Positions 19,518 through 30,645 of a stretch of DNA of 64,000 bases are shown piece after piece; positions within the stretch are counted from its first letter, which is position 1; each line of letters begins with the position of its first letter. Source of the DNA: a bacterium (GTDB lineage: Bacteria; Bacillota_I; Bacilli_A; RFN20; CAG-826). The translations under genes were made by a program, and so were the position numbers. The notes below the pieces were generated by a model. It made no database searches and was not told the origin of the DNA. It saw only the letters and a list, made by a program, of their open reading frames with translations. Where the stretch lies: assembly GCA_963651465.1 (NCBI GenBank), contig CAVJPS010000010.1, forward strand, positions 52,793 through 116,792, read 5' to 3'.

Positions 19518-21338
19518 TTAGAAGCCTGTCCTTTTAAATAATTTTTCTAGTTGGTATTTAGTAAATGAAATCATAGTAGGTCTTCCATGTGGACAACATG
19601 ATCCATTTTCACAGTTAGCAAGATTATCTAATAAATATTGCATTTCACTTATATTTAAATAGTCATGTGCTTTTAACGAAGCCTTACAACTCATTGTAGC
19701 AATTGTATGTTTTCTTATTTCCTCTACGTTTACTAATTCTTTACGTAATACTTGTTCAATAAGATTATCAATATATTCTTTTTCATCATATTCAGTTAAC
19801 CAACATGGAATTTGAACAACTTTAAAAGCATTAGTGCCAAATGGTTCAAATATTAATCCAACTTCTTTTAACATATTTTGATGAACTTGGTCAAACAAAA
19901 TAGTATCAGAAGGACTTAAATTTACAACTATAGGAATTAATGGATTAGTTACTTTTATTTCAGCATTAAAAATCTTTTGAAATTTTTCATAATTAATTCT
20001 TTCTTGTGCGGCGTGTTGATCGACTAATACAAATCCACCCCCATCATCTTCAGCAATAATATATGATTTTTGAAGTTGAGCTATAGCACGATAAGGCGAT
20101 TTTTTTAAAAATTGAGGTCTGTATTCAAAATTAAATGTTTGGTTCTCATATGAGACGTTTTTATTATTTTCATTACTATCAATAATTTTATTATCAACTT
20201 TAGTTTCATTAAGTGGTTCTTGTTTAACATAGTCATTAACTGGAGAAATAATTTCTCTAGCTTCAAAATTATCGTTTAAATTAAGACTTTGTTGTTCATG
20301 TTTTTCTTTAGGTGTATTAATTTGAGATTTTTCAACAACAGATTCTACTACTTGATATGAATCACGTAAAGTTTGGGGAATATGTTTCATTAATAAAGTT
20401 CTTAATTCATCTTCTTTAGAAAAACGAACTTCTCTTTTTGTAGGGTGAACATTAACATCGACTAAGGCATAATCAACATTAAAATCAAGCACAACAAAAG
20501 GATAACGTGATGGAGGTATAAAATCATTATATGAATCTTGTATTGCTGTTAAAATTTTTGGAATATAAACAGCACGTCCATTAAGTAAAGTAATCATAAA
20601 ATAACGATTTGATCTTGCTAATTCAGGTCTACCAATATAACCTTTAACATTTATGTCAGCAGTCTTAAATTCAATTGGTACCATCTTACGAGCAATTTCA
20701 AATCCATAAATATTTGCAATTGTTTCAAGTAAATCATTACGACCACTAGTTTCAAATTGTATTTTGTTATCTATATAAAATGAAATAGAAACTTCAGGAT
20801 GTGATAAAGCAATTTTATTTAATACTTCAATTGAGTTAGCATTTTCAGTGAAATCAGTTTTCATATATTTCAATCTAACTGGAGTGTTAAAGAATAAATC
20901 TTCAACTGTAATTAAAGTACCTTTTCTTAGATTAGCATCCTCGACTTTCATATTATCTTCTGAAATGACGATTTTCGTTCCAACACCTTCACCAGTTGAT
21001 GTAATCATAGTTAAATGAGATACAGAAGAAATTGAAGGTAATGCTTCTCCTCTAAATCCTAAAGTATGGATACGAAATAAATCAAAAGTATTCTTTATTT
21101 TAGATGTCGCATGGCGTGTAAAAGAAATTTTAGCATCTTCACGATCCATACCATCTCCATCGTCTTCAACCGAGATTAAAGTACGACCCGCATTTTCAAT
21201 TTTAACAATAATGCGTGAGGAATGAGCGTCAATACTATTTTCAACAAGCTCTTTAATTACTGAAGATGGTCTTTCAATAACTTCTCCAGCAGCAATTTGG
21301 TTTGCAAGTGCGTTATCTAAAACTTGAATCTTTCCCAT
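19518..21338 (-). CDS. mutL: DNA mismatch repair protein MutL
   Basis: GHKL ATPase N-terminus (AAGEVIERPSSVIKELVENSIDA), C-terminal dimerisation/endonuclease domain. 606 aa. Confidence 0.9.
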   Translation of the reverse strand: MGKIQVLDNALANQIAAGEVIERPSSVIKELVENSIDAHSSRIIVKIENAGRTLISVEDDGDGMDREDAKISFTRHATSKIKNTFDLFRIHTLGFRGEALPSISSVSHLTMITSTGEGVGTKIVISEDNMKVEDANLRKGTLITVEDLFFNTPVRLKYMKTDFTENANSIEVLNKIALSHPEVSISFYIDNKIQFETSGRNDLLETIANIYGFEIARKMVPIEFKTADINVKGYIGRPELARSNRYFMITLLNGRAVYIPKILTAIQDSYNDFIPPSRYPFVVLDFNVDYALVDVNVHPTKREVRFSKEDELRTLLMKHIPQTLRDSYQVVESVVEKSQINTPKEKHEQQSLNLNDNFEAREIISPVNDYVKQEPLNETKVDNKIIDSNENNKNVSYENQTFNFEYRPQFLKKSPYRAIAQLQKSYIIAEDDGGGFVLVDQHAAQERINYEKFQKIFNAEIKVTNPLIPIVVNLSPSDTILFDQVHQNMLKEVGLIFEPFGTNAFKVVQIPCWLTEYDEKEYIDNLIEQVLRKELVNVEEIRKHTIATMSCKASLKAHDYLNISEMQYLLDNLANCENGSCCPHGRPTMISFTKYQLEKLFKRTGF

Positions 21339-21349
21339 TTTTCTTCTCC

Positions 21350-23869
21350 TTACATTTTCTTTTTAATTTCGTATAAGAAATTTAATGCATCAAGAGGAGT
21401 CATATTAAGTGGATTAATTTCTCTTACTTCTTTAATCCAAGTTTCTTCCTCTTCTTTCTTAGGTTCTATAATATCACGTGATATTGTTACATCCTTATTT
21501 TCTAAAGTATTTAAAATATCATTAGAACGATTAAGTAATACTTCCGGTAAATGTGCTAAACGTGCAACATTAATACCATATGACTTATTCATAGAGCCAT
21601 CTTTAACTTTATATAAGAATGTAATATCATTATCGTTTTCCTTTACCATAACGTGGATGTTACGGACACTAGGAATTTCATTTCCTAATTCAGTAAGTTC
21701 ATGATAATGAGTTGAGAATAATGTTTTAGCTTTAATTCTTGAAGCTATGTATTCAAGAATTGCTTGTGCTAAAGCCATACCATCAAATGTTGCTGTACCA
21801 CGTCCGATTTCATCAAATAATAATAATGATTTATCAGTAGCGTGACGTAAAGCGTGGTTTGTTTCACTCATTTCAATCATGAATGTTGATTGTCCTGATA
21901 TTAAATCATCAGAAGCACCAATACGTGTAAATATTTGATCAAACACAGGTAAATTACATTCCTTTGCAGGTACGTAACAACCAATTTGGGCCATAATTAC
22001 AATTGTTGCAAGCTGACGCATATATGTTGATTTACCACCCATGTTAGGTCCAGTAATCAGTAAGATATCATTATCGCTTGGCATATAAATATCATTACTT
22101 ACATATGAATTACCTTTCATTACTTTATCTATCACAGGATGTTTACCATCTTTAACATCAATTATTCTTTCATTATTAAATTTTGGACATACATATCCTG
22201 GCTTTGATGAAATCGAAGCAAGAGAAACTAATACGTCAATAATTGAAATTTGATTTGCTAATAATTGAATAGTTGATGTACGTGTTTTAATTGAATCACG
22301 TAAATTGCAGAAAAGTTCGTATTCTAACTTCATACGTTTTTCATCAGCAGTTAAAATTAAAGCCTCTTTTTCTTTTAATTCGGGAGTAATAAATCTTTCA
22401 CCATTAATTGTTGTTTGTTTACGAATATATCCCCAATCATCTTGTACTAGATTTACACTACCTTTTGATATTTCTATATAATAACCAAAATTACGATTGT
22501 ATCCAACTTTTAATGTTTTAATTCCTGTCTTTTCTTTTTCAGCTTGTTCAAGTTGAGAAACCCATTCCTTGCCTCCAGCTGAAAGATCTATTAATTCATC
22601 TAATTCTTCATAAACACCACGTTTAAAAATATGACCTTCTTTAATTGTTAAAGGTGCGTCTTCGTCAATTGATTTTTCAATTAAAGCACACATATCTTTT
22701 AAGTCATCCATTTTATTAACAATTTCGTCAATATATCCATTATTAAGTCTTGATAAGTTTTCTTTTAATAAAGGGACAACTTTTAATGAATTCTTTAATT
22801 GAAGTAAATCACGAGCATTTGCATTTCCGTATGAAATACGAGCAATTAACCTTTCAAGATCGTATACTTCATTTAAGTAATTTTTAATATCATCACGTAA
22901 TAAGAAATTAACAATTAATGATGTTATCATATTTTGACGTTTCATTATTTCTTCTAAATCAGCTGAAGGTTTGTTAATCCAATGCTTTAATAAACGACAA
23001 CCCATGGCAGTTTTAGTTTCGTCTAATAACCAAAATAATGAACCATATTTATCTTCACTTCTAATTGTTCTTAATAATTCAAGATTAACTTTAGAATAAG
23101 AATCCATAATTAAAACTTTATTTGTCTTAATTACTTTTGCTTCTTGCAAATAATCTAATTTTCTTTTTTGAGTTTTACGCAAATAAGTAATAAGTCTCAT
23201 TAATGATTTCATTTGAAAGATATCATTAACAGAAGATAATATAACTTCACATTCCATATCAATTTCTTCATTATCTTCATAAGAAATTAATATGCCTCTT
23301 TTGTTCGTAATCTCATTTAATAAATTTTTATCAATAGTAGATTTAACAACAAGTTCACGAGTGTTAATTCCATCTAATTCATTTATTAAAGCAACTATAT
23401 CTTTATCACAATTCAAAGTACATAACTCACCTGTTGATAAATCAGCATAGCTAATAATAAAATTAAATTCAGTTTCATCTAATGCTGCAATATAGTTATT
23501 ATCGTCATTAGAAACATCCATTAAAGCACCTGGAGTAATAATTTGAACAATATCACGTTGAACTAAACCTTTTGTAGTAGCCGGATCTTCTAATTGTTCA
23601 ACAATACCTACTTTGTAGCCTCTTGAAATAAGTTTCGCAACATATTGCTTGATTGCATGATGAGGAACACCACACATTGGAACTCTTTCTTCTGTGCCAC
23701 CACTTTTGCCAGTTAAAGTAAGTTGTAATTCTTTAGAAGCAACTTTAGCATCTTCAAAAAATAATTCATAAAAATCACCCAATCTAAAAAGAATAAGCGT
23801 ATCTTGATTTTGCTCTTTAATTTTTAAATATTGTGTTATCATTGGTGAATATTTTTCTTTTTGTGCCAT
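21350..23869 (-). CDS. mutS: DNA mismatch repair protein MutS
   Basis: TPMITQY N-terminus, Walker A GPNMGGKST, ST(F)MxE motif. 839 aa. Confidence 0.9.
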   Translation of the reverse strand: MAQKEKYSPMITQYLKIKEQNQDTLILFRLGDFYELFFEDAKVASKELQLTLTGKSGGTEERVPMCGVPHHAIKQYVAKLISRGYKVGIVEQLEDPATTKGLVQRDIVQIITPGALMDVSNDDNNYIAALDETEFNFIISYADLSTGELCTLNCDKDIVALINELDGINTRELVVKSTIDKNLLNEITNKRGILISYEDNEEIDMECEVILSSVNDIFQMKSLMRLITYLRKTQKRKLDYLQEAKVIKTNKVLIMDSYSKVNLELLRTIRSEDKYGSLFWLLDETKTAMGCRLLKHWINKPSADLEEIMKRQNMITSLIVNFLLRDDIKNYLNEVYDLERLIARISYGNANARDLLQLKNSLKVVPLLKENLSRLNNGYIDEIVNKMDDLKDMCALIEKSIDEDAPLTIKEGHIFKRGVYEELDELIDLSAGGKEWVSQLEQAEKEKTGIKTLKVGYNRNFGYYIEISKGSVNLVQDDWGYIRKQTTINGERFITPELKEKEALILTADEKRMKLEYELFCNLRDSIKTRTSTIQLLANQISIIDVLVSLASISSKPGYVCPKFNNERIIDVKDGKHPVIDKVMKGNSYVSNDIYMPSDNDILLITGPNMGGKSTYMRQLATIVIMAQIGCYVPAKECNLPVFDQIFTRIGASDDLISGQSTFMIEMSETNHALRHATDKSLLLFDEIGRGTATFDGMALAQAILEYIASRIKAKTLFSTHYHELTELGNEIPSVRNIHVMVKENDNDITFLYKVKDGSMNKSYGINVARLAHLPEVLLNRSNDILNTLENKDVTISRDIIEPKKEEEETWIKEVREINPLNMTPLDALNFLYEIKKKM

Positions 23870-23941
23870 AACGTGTACCTCTAAAATAAAACTTTGTTTT
23901 ATTATATCACATTGATACTTATTTTTGGTTGATTGAGAACT

Positions 23942-23964
23942 AAAAAATGCACCTTATGGTGCAT
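23942..23964 (-). terminator. Intrinsic terminator downstream of the ymcA-like gene
   Basis: ATGCACC-TTAT-GGTGCAT hairpin plus T-run on the minus strand. Confidence 0.5.
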
Positions 23965-24281
23965 TAATTATTTATTATATTTGAGATTTGTGATAGTAAA
24001 TTATAAACTTCATCTTTTATATTATTATAAGAAACTATTAAAGGATGATTTTCGTATTGTTTTTTTAAAGTTTCGTAATACTCTTTTTTTTGTTTATGAA
24101 GCTCGCCATCATTAATAGCTTTAACCATTTCTTTTTGAGCTAATCTAACATCTTCATCAAGCTTAGTTAATGCTTTATCATTTATAATTGCTTCTTTAAG
24201 TCTAAAATACTCTTTAACTCTTTCATCGTTATCAAGTTCATTTTTTAGTTTTAATAAAGTCTCTTCTATCTCTTTAGTCAT
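23964..24281 (-). CDS. ymcA: YlbF/YmcA family protein (RicA-like)
   Basis: About 105-aa helical, Glu/Lys-rich protein immediately downstream of miaB, the same arrangement as B. subtilis ymcB(miaB)-ymcA. Confidence 0.6.
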   Translation of the reverse strand: MTKEIEETLLKLKNELDNDERVKEYFRLKEAIINDKALTKLDEDVRLAQKEMVKAINDGELHKQKKEYYETLKKQYENHPLIVSYNNIKDEVYNLLSQISNIINN

Positions 24282-25722
24282 TTACTAATTCTCCAATTAA
24301 AGAATACAAATGAGATTCTAAGATTTTAACCTTAACAATCTTACCAACTAAAGATGGATCGGTATTCTTAAAGTGAATAAGTTTATTTGTTTCAGTGTAT
24401 CCACTATATAATTCTGGATTTTTCTTAGAAGGTCCATCGACAAGAACTTTTTCTATTTTGCCAATATAACGTAAAGCACGTTTTGTACCAACTTCTTCAA
24501 CAACATTTTTAAGTTCATCAAAGCGTTTATGTTTTTCTTCGTCAGTAACATCGTCTACCATCTTTGCAGCCGGAGTACCTATACGAGGTGAATAAATAAA
24601 AGTAAAGCAGCCATCGTATTCACCAAACTTAACCATTTCAAGAGTATCTTTAAATTGTTCATAAGTTTCATTTGGGAAACCAACAATAATATCAGTAGTT
24701 AAAGCTAAGTTAGGAATTTTCTCACGCATTTTAATTACAAGGTTACGGTATTCCTCAGAAGTATAACGACGTCCCATACGACGTAAAATTTCATCATTAC
24801 CACTTTGGAAAGGTAAATGAATTGCTGGCATTATGTTATCGTACTTACCAATAATTTCAATCATTTCATCTGTAAAATCCCAAGGATGAGATGTTGTAAA
24901 ACGAATACGTGGTACACCTAATTTTGCAGCACTTTCAAGTAAACCAGCAAAAGTAGTACCATCATTTAAATCTTTACCATATGCATTAACATTTTGACCT
25001 AAATAAGTAATTTCCATATAACCTTGATTTAATAATTCTTGAGTTTCTTTTAATACATCATCAAGTTTACGGCTTCTTTCTTTACCACGTGTGTAAGGAA
25101 CAATACAATAAGTGCAGAACTTATCGCAGCCATACATAATATTAACAAATGCTTTATATTTATCACTTCTAACTGAAGGTAAATTTTCAATAACTTCACC
25201 GGATTTTGACATAACATCAATAATACGTTCTTGTTTTTGATATACTTCGTCAATAAGATTTAATAATTCATTAATGTTATGAGTACCAAATAATAAATCG
25301 ACATATTTAAATTTATCATTAATATTATCAACAACATGTACTTGTTGAATCATACAGCCACAAATACCAATTACAAGATTAGGGTTCTTTTCTTTTAATT
25401 TCTTTAAATTACCGATTTCACCATATACTTTTTCTTCAGCATTTTCACGTACCGCACAAGTATTAATAATAATAACGTCAGCTTGTTCTTCTTCGTCACA
25501 AACTGTATAACCAGCTTTTTCAAGCATACCTGCTATATTTTCACTATCACGTACATTTGCTTGACAACCATATGTACGAATAAAATATTTGCGTCCTTCT
25601 GCAAATTGTTTTAACGATGTTGGAACAATAACTTGATCATAAATAATTTCACTTGGTCCACGTTTTCTTTTACTTGCCTCACTCATTGAAGGCATATTTT
25701 TAATAATTGATTTTTTTGCCAT
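24274..25722 (-). CDS. miaB: tRNA-2-methylthio-N6-dimethylallyladenosine synthase (radical SAM methylthiotransferase)
   Basis: CDKFCTYC radical-SAM cluster motif, N-terminal MTTase cysteines, TRAM C-terminus. 482 aa. Confidence 0.9.
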   Translation of the reverse strand: MAKKSIIKNMPSMSEASKRKRGPSEIIYDQVIVPTSLKQFAEGRKYFIRTYGCQANVRDSENIAGMLEKAGYTVCDEEEQADVIIINTCAVRENAEEKVYGEIGNLKKLKEKNPNLVIGICGCMIQQVHVVDNINDKFKYVDLLFGTHNINELLNLIDEVYQKQERIIDVMSKSGEVIENLPSVRSDKYKAFVNIMYGCDKFCTYCIVPYTRGKERSRKLDDVLKETQELLNQGYMEITYLGQNVNAYGKDLNDGTTFAGLLESAAKLGVPRIRFTTSHPWDFTDEMIEIIGKYDNIMPAIHLPFQSGNDEILRRMGRRYTSEEYRNLVIKMREKIPNLALTTDIIVGFPNETYEQFKDTLEMVKFGEYDGCFTFIYSPRIGTPAAKMVDDVTDEEKHKRFDELKNVVEEVGTKRALRYIGKIEKVLVDGPSKKNPELYSGYTETNKLIHFKNTDPSLVGKIVKVKILESHLYSLIGELVND

Positions 25723-25736
25723 AATAACTTACCTAC

Positions 25737-26522
25737 CTAATTCTTATATATTTGATAAATTGTATTAATGCTTTCACAAGTACCTAATTTATCATTAAAT
25801 TCCATAATAACAGCCGAAATAACAGAATCATCATCGTCATCAATTTCAAATCTAGCTTTTTGATGATGCCATGTACGGGCAATAACACTATCTTTTTTTG
25901 TACCTAAAATTCCGTTATAAGGTCCACACATTCCAATATCTGAAATATAACCAGTTCCGTTTGGGAAAATACGATTATCTCTTGTTTGTACATGAGTATG
26001 TGTTCCAACTACTGCACTAACCTTTCCATCAAAAGCATAACCTAAAGCATATTTTTCTCCAGTAGCTTCAGCGTGAAAATCCACAATATGAATATCAGCA
26101 TGTTCTTCAGTATTTAATAAACTTTCTAAACAATCAAATGGAGAATCAACTTCTTCGCCCATATATACTTGTCCAAGCAAATTCGTAACACGTAATGAAA
26201 TATTATTAACGTCAATTACAATACTTCCAACACCACCAAATTGTTTTTTAAGATTTAATGGTCGAACTAATTGATCAGCACCATCAATATATTCTGCGAT
26301 TTCATTTTTACTGTTGTAATGATTGCCAAGAGTAATTACATCAACACCATGTTCTATAAAAAGGCGATAATGATTTTCAATTAAACCTTTTCCGTGAGTA
26401 ACATTTTCACCATTAATGATTACAACATCAGCACGATATTTTTTTACAAATTCATCAAGATGAGAGAGTACAATATTGCGGCCATTTTTGCCAACAACAT
26501 CTCCGAAAAATAAAACACGCAT
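25737..26522 (-). CDS. ymdB: YmdB-family metallophosphoesterase (2',3'-cAMP phosphodiesterase)
   Basis: MRVLFFGDVVGKNGR...GNHY calcineurin-like motifs. rny-ymdB adjacency as in Bacillus. Confidence 0.8.
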   Translation of the reverse strand: MRVLFFGDVVGKNGRNIVLSHLDEFVKKYRADVVIINGENVTHGKGLIENHYRLFIEHGVDVITLGNHYNSKNEIAEYIDGADQLVRPLNLKKQFGGVGSIVIDVNNISLRVTNLLGQVYMGEEVDSPFDCLESLLNTEEHADIHIVDFHAEATGEKYALGYAFDGKVSAVVGTHTHVQTRDNRIFPNGTGYISDIGMCGPYNGILGTKKDSVIARTWHHQKARFEIDDDDDSVISAVIMEFNDKLGTCESINTIYQIYKN

Positions 26523-26556
26523 ACAATCACTCCTTTAATAAACAGTTAAATACAAT

Positions 26557-26583
26557 AAATAGGACTCATAGAGCCCTATTTTA
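26557..26583 (-). terminator. Probable terminator downstream of rny
   Basis: Imperfect hairpin ATAGGACTC/GAGCCCTAT with a flanking T-run on the minus strand. Confidence 0.35.
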
Positions 26584-26589
26584 ATACAT

Positions 26590-28146
26590 TTATTTTGCAG
26601 TTTCAACTGCTCTTGTTTCTCTAATAACAGAAACTTTAATTTGACCTGGATATGTCATTTCAGTTTCAATCTTTTCACGAATATCACGTGCTAACTTAAA
26701 TGCTGCAATATCGTCGATTTTTTCTGGAACGACCATGACACGAACTTCACGACCTGATTGCATAGCATAACATTGAGAAACACCATCATAAGATTTACAA
26801 ATTGTTTCAAGTTGTTCAATACGTTTAATGTAATTTTCTAATGTTTCACTACGAGCTCCAGGACGAGCAGCTGATAATGTATCAGCAGCAGCAACTAATG
26901 TAGAAATAATATATTTAGCTTCAACATCACCATGGTGAGATTCAATAGCGTTAATAACTGTATCAGGTTCACCGTATTTCTTAGCCAAACGTGCACCGAT
27001 TTCAACGTGACTACCTTCAATTTCAAAGTCAGCAGCCTTACCAATATCGTGTAATAAGCCAGCACGTTTTGCAAGATTTTGATCTAAGCCTAATTCAGCA
27101 GCCATAACCCCAGCTAAATAAGCAACTTCAATTGAATGATCTAAAGCGTTTTGACCATATGAAGTACGATATTTTAATTTACCAACATAATCAAGTAATT
27201 CTTTATTAATACGTGGTAAACCTAATTTGAAAGCAACATCTTGTCCTGTTTGACGAGTAATGTCTTTAACTTCATTTTTAGATTTCTCAACAATTTCTTC
27301 AATACGTCCTGGTTGAATACGTCCATCTTTTATTAAGTATTCTAATGAACGACGAGCAATTTCACGACGAATTGGATCAAAACAAGAAACTGTAATAACT
27401 TCTGGAGTATCATCGATAATTAAATCAACACCACAAAGTTGTTCAATTGAACGAATATTACGACCTTCACGACCAATAATACGGCCTTTCATTTCATCGT
27501 TTGGTAATGCAACAACAGAAACTGTTTTTTCGGTTGTTGCTTCTTGAGCATACTTATTCATAGCAAGAGAAATAATTTCATTTGCTTTTTGTTGTGCACT
27601 ATCACGAGCTTCTTCTTCTTTGTTTTTAACGTAAGCAGCTAATTCTTTAGAAGTTTTTTCTTCTACTCTTTTGAATAATTCATTGCGAGCATCTTGAGTA
27701 GACATTTGAGCTACTTTTTCTAATTCTGAAATAATTGAATCTAAACGTTGTTGTAAAACGTTTTCTTTCTTTTCAAGTTCTTTTTGATAAGCATTTAAGT
27801 TTTGTTGCTTTTCTTCTAAAGTATTTTCTTTAGCAATAAGTGCAAGGTCACGACGTTCAATGCTTTGTTCACGTTGTAAAGCCTTGTTTTCCATTTGTTC
27901 AACTTCAGCTTTCTTTTCTCTAATTTCTTTATCAGCTTCCATTTTAGTTTCGTAAGCTGCTTGTTTAGCATCAAGTTGAGCAGTTTTAATTAATCTTTCA
28001 GCATTTTGTTGTGCTTCTTTTACTAGCTTGTTACCTTTTTTTGTAGCTTGTTTAAATCTAAATACTGGGACTAAATATACAATTAATCCACCTAACAATA
28101 AAGCTGCTACAGCAATAACGACAGCTAGCCATACTGGTATTTTCAT
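26590..28146 (-). CDS. rny: Ribonuclease Y
   Basis: N-terminal TM helix, coiled-coil, KH domain ([12 protein letters not shown]), HD domain (HDIGK). 518 aa. Confidence 0.9.
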   Translation of the reverse strand: MKIPVWLAVVIAVAALLLGGLIVYLVPVFRFKQATKKGNKLVKEAQQNAERLIKTAQLDAKQAAYETKMEADKEIREKKAEVEQMENKALQREQSIERRDLALIAKENTLEEKQQNLNAYQKELEKKENVLQQRLDSIISELEKVAQMSTQDARNELFKRVEEKTSKELAAYVKNKEEEARDSAQQKANEIISLAMNKYAQEATTEKTVSVVALPNDEMKGRIIGREGRNIRSIEQLCGVDLIIDDTPEVITVSCFDPIRREIARRSLEYLIKDGRIQPGRIEEIVEKSKNEVKDITRQTGQDVAFKLGLPRINKELLDYVGKLKYRTSYGQNALDHSIEVAYLAGVMAAELGLDQNLAKRAGLLHDIGKAADFEIEGSHVEIGARLAKKYGEPDTVINAIESHHGDVEAKYIISTLVAAADTLSAARPGARSETLENYIKRIEQLETICKSYDGVSQCYAMQSGREVRVMVVPEKIDDIAAFKLARDIREKIETEMTYPGQIKVSVIRETRAVETAK

Positions 28147-28413
28147 ACAAATTCCCCTTTCGCATACAGTATTATTGACAATTATGTTATTTTAATTTTC
28201 ATTATCATATCAAAAAGTTATAGCAATAAAAATTTAAGGCTTGTCATCGCCCATTGTAATTCTTTGTTAATCAAGTATTAAAATTTTATTTATATTTTTA
28301 TAGACAAAGTCTATATAAAACTTGATAGTTGTACCATGTACGAATATATTATAACAAAAAATAATATCATTTAAAATAGAAAATTGTACGATTTTAATGT
28401 AGTTTTTTACACT

Positions 28414-28440
28414 AAAAAAGCATACCATAACGATATGCTT
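28414..28440 (-). terminator. Intrinsic terminator downstream of recA
   Basis: AAGCATA...TATGCTT hairpin plus T-run on the minus strand. Confidence 0.6.
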
Positions 28441-28448
28441 TATAACCA

Positions 28449-29459
28449 TTATTCGATTTTAGTGTGAGATGATTTAATTGCATCAACAAGACTATCAAAA
28501 ATATCGGGATTATCCTTTAAAAATAATTTTGCATTTTCACGACCTTGACCCATACGTTGACCATTTACTTCATACCAAGTACCAGAACGTTTGATAAGCC
28601 CAAGTTCACAACCTAAATCTAAAACTTCACCAGTTCGAGAAATACCTTCCCCGTAGATAATATCAAATTTACATGATTTAAAAGGTGGTGCAACTTTGTT
28701 CTTAACAACTTTAACATTGACAGTATTACCATATATGTCGCTTGCAGAATTTTTTAAAATTTCACTCTTACGAATATCAATTCGTACCGAAGCATAGAAT
28801 TTTAAAGCACGCCCACCAGTTGTAGTTTCAGGATTGCCATATACAATTCCAACTTTTTCACGTAATTGGTTAATGAAAATAATTGTACAAGATGATTTGT
28901 TTAAAACGCCTGCTAATTTACGCATAGCTTTAGACATTAAACGAGCTTGTAATCCAACTTGATTATCTCCCATTTCTCCTTCAATTTCAGCTTGAGGAAC
29001 TAAAGCAGCAACTGAGTCAACAATAATTAAATCAATTGCGTTACTGCGTGCTAACATTTCAACTATATCTAATGCTTGTTCGCCAGAATCCGGTTGTGAC
29101 AAAATTAATTCATCTATATCAACACCTAGATTTTTTGCGTAAATTGGATCAATTGAATGTTCAGCGTCAACAAAGGCAGCTCTACCACCTAATTTTTGAC
29201 ATTCTGCAATTGCGTGTAATGTTAACGTAGTTTTACCTGATGATTCAGGACCAAAAATTTCAATTACTCTACCACGTGGATATCCACCAATTCCAAGACA
29301 TTCATCTAATAATATAGAACCTGTTGGAATTACATCGCATTCAACATTTGGTCTATCACCTAAACGCATGATAGAACCACGGCCGTATACTTTTTCAATA
29401 CTTTTAATAGCATCTAATAATGCTTCTTGTTTATCGTTCGTATTTTTATCTTTTTCCAT
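28449..29459 (-). CDS. recA: Recombinase RecA
   Basis: GPESSGKTT Walker A, L1/L2 loops. 336 aa. Confidence 0.95.
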   Translation of the reverse strand: MEKDKNTNDKQEALLDAIKSIEKVYGRGSIMRLGDRPNVECDVIPTGSILLDECLGIGGYPRGRVIEIFGPESSGKTTLTLHAIAECQKLGGRAAFVDAEHSIDPIYAKNLGVDIDELILSQPDSGEQALDIVEMLARSNAIDLIIVDSVAALVPQAEIEGEMGDNQVGLQARLMSKAMRKLAGVLNKSSCTIIFINQLREKVGIVYGNPETTTGGRALKFYASVRIDIRKSEILKNSASDIYGNTVNVKVVKNKVAPPFKSCKFDIIYGEGISRTGEVLDLGCELGLIKRSGTWYEVNGQRMGQGRENAKLFLKDNPDIFDSLVDAIKSSHTKIE

Positions 29460-29493
29460 ATAATTACCTCTCTAACTACTAATTACTACCTAA

Positions 29494-29961
29494 TTAGAAA
29501 AGTTCCTTAATTTTTTGTTTTAAAAGTTTTGTAGCTTCTAAAACAATTTCACTACGAACTTCATTACGATTTTTATTAATAATATTAAATTCATATGTTG
29601 AAACATTTCCTTTAATATATAAACCAACATATATTCTACCTGCTGGTAAATTATCTAAACAATCCGGTCCAGCATTTCCAGTAAAAGAACAAACTACGTC
29701 ACATTTTAAAACTCTAGCACCATTTTCACACATTGAAGCTGCAACTTCGTGACTCACTACTCCATATTTAGAAATAAGTTCAGCTGGTACATGGCAAACA
29801 TCAACTTTTACTTCTGATGAATATGTGACTAAAGAGCCTCTAAAAGATTTAGACGCTCCAGGAATTGAAGTTATTTCACTTGCAAAAAGACCACCAGTTA
29901 AGCTTTCGACACTACCTAGTGTTAAATTGTTTTTGGTTAATAACTCCAATAATTCTTTCAT
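29494..29961 (-). CDS. CinA C-terminal domain protein (nicotinamide-nucleotide amidohydrolase PncC-like)
   Basis: 155 aa, CinA_C fold motifs. Sits between pgsA and recA as cinA does in Bacillus, but lacks the N-terminal MoCF domain. Confidence 0.75.
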   Translation of the reverse strand: MKELLELLTKNNLTLGSVESLTGGLFASEITSIPGASKSFRGSLVTYSSEVKVDVCHVPAELISKYGVVSHEVAASMCENGARVLKCDVVCSFTGNAGPDCLDNLPAGRIYVGLYIKGNVSTYEFNIINKNRNEVRSEIVLEATKLLKQKIKELF

Positions 29962-30618
29962 TTATTTTTCCTCTTCAATTTTATCGTCTTTAAACAAAGA
30001 ACGAGATTTAACTAAATAATCAATACCGGAAGCAAGTGAAATAACGCCTGCAATTCCGCAAATAATATTTGTGATGTTAACATTTAATCCAATTAAAGCA
30101 AAAGGCCAGTTATTAAGTAAAACTAATGATATAGCAACCATTTGTACAACTGTTTTTGCTTTGCCAAACCATGAAGCAGCGATTACTTTTCCTTTTTCCA
30201 TAGCTATTAATCTTACAGCATCAACAACTAAATCACGAGCAATCATAATAATTACAACAATCATAGGAACTCCTGTTTTGCCAACAAAGCCAAATCCATT
30301 TCCGTTAGCAAATGGGATAGCATAAATAATTAATAATGAGTCAACTAATAATTTATCTGCAATTGGATCCATAAATTTACCATAAGTAGTAACAAGATTA
30401 TACTTACGAGCAATATGTCCATCTAAGAAATCACTAAAAGAAGCAATTACAAATAATATAAATGCAACAAAAGAAATAACAGTAACGCCATCAACTCCGT
30501 TATTCCAAGACCAGATATAACCACCAGTAAATCCAATAGAACCACAAATAGCTAAAAGTAAAACAATGACACCAACCATAACCATACGGAATGTTGTTAT
30601 TTTATTTGGTAAATTCAT
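29962..30618 (-). CDS. pgsA: CDP-diacylglycerol--glycerol-3-phosphate 3-phosphatidyltransferase
   Basis: CDP-alcohol phosphotransferase motif DFLDGHIARKYN...G...DPIADKL. Multiple TM helices. 218 aa. Confidence 0.9.
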   Translation of the reverse strand: MNLPNKITTFRMVMVGVIVLLLAICGSIGFTGGYIWSWNNGVDGVTVISFVAFILFVIASFSDFLDGHIARKYNLVTTYGKFMDPIADKLLVDSLLIIYAIPFANGNGFGFVGKTGVPMIVVIIMIARDLVVDAVRLIAMEKGKVIAASWFGKAKTVVQMVAISLVLLNNWPFALIGLNVNITNIICGIAGVISLASGIDYLVKSRSLFKDDKIEEEK

Positions 30619-30645
30619 AATAAATCCTCCGATTAAATAAAAGTG

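Noticed and set aside
28267-28449. 60-aa minus-strand ORF in the recA-rny intergenic region
   Set aside because: No SD. Ile/Phe/Asn-rich nonsense typical of AT-rich spacer. The region is better explained as the rny promoter and 5' UTR.
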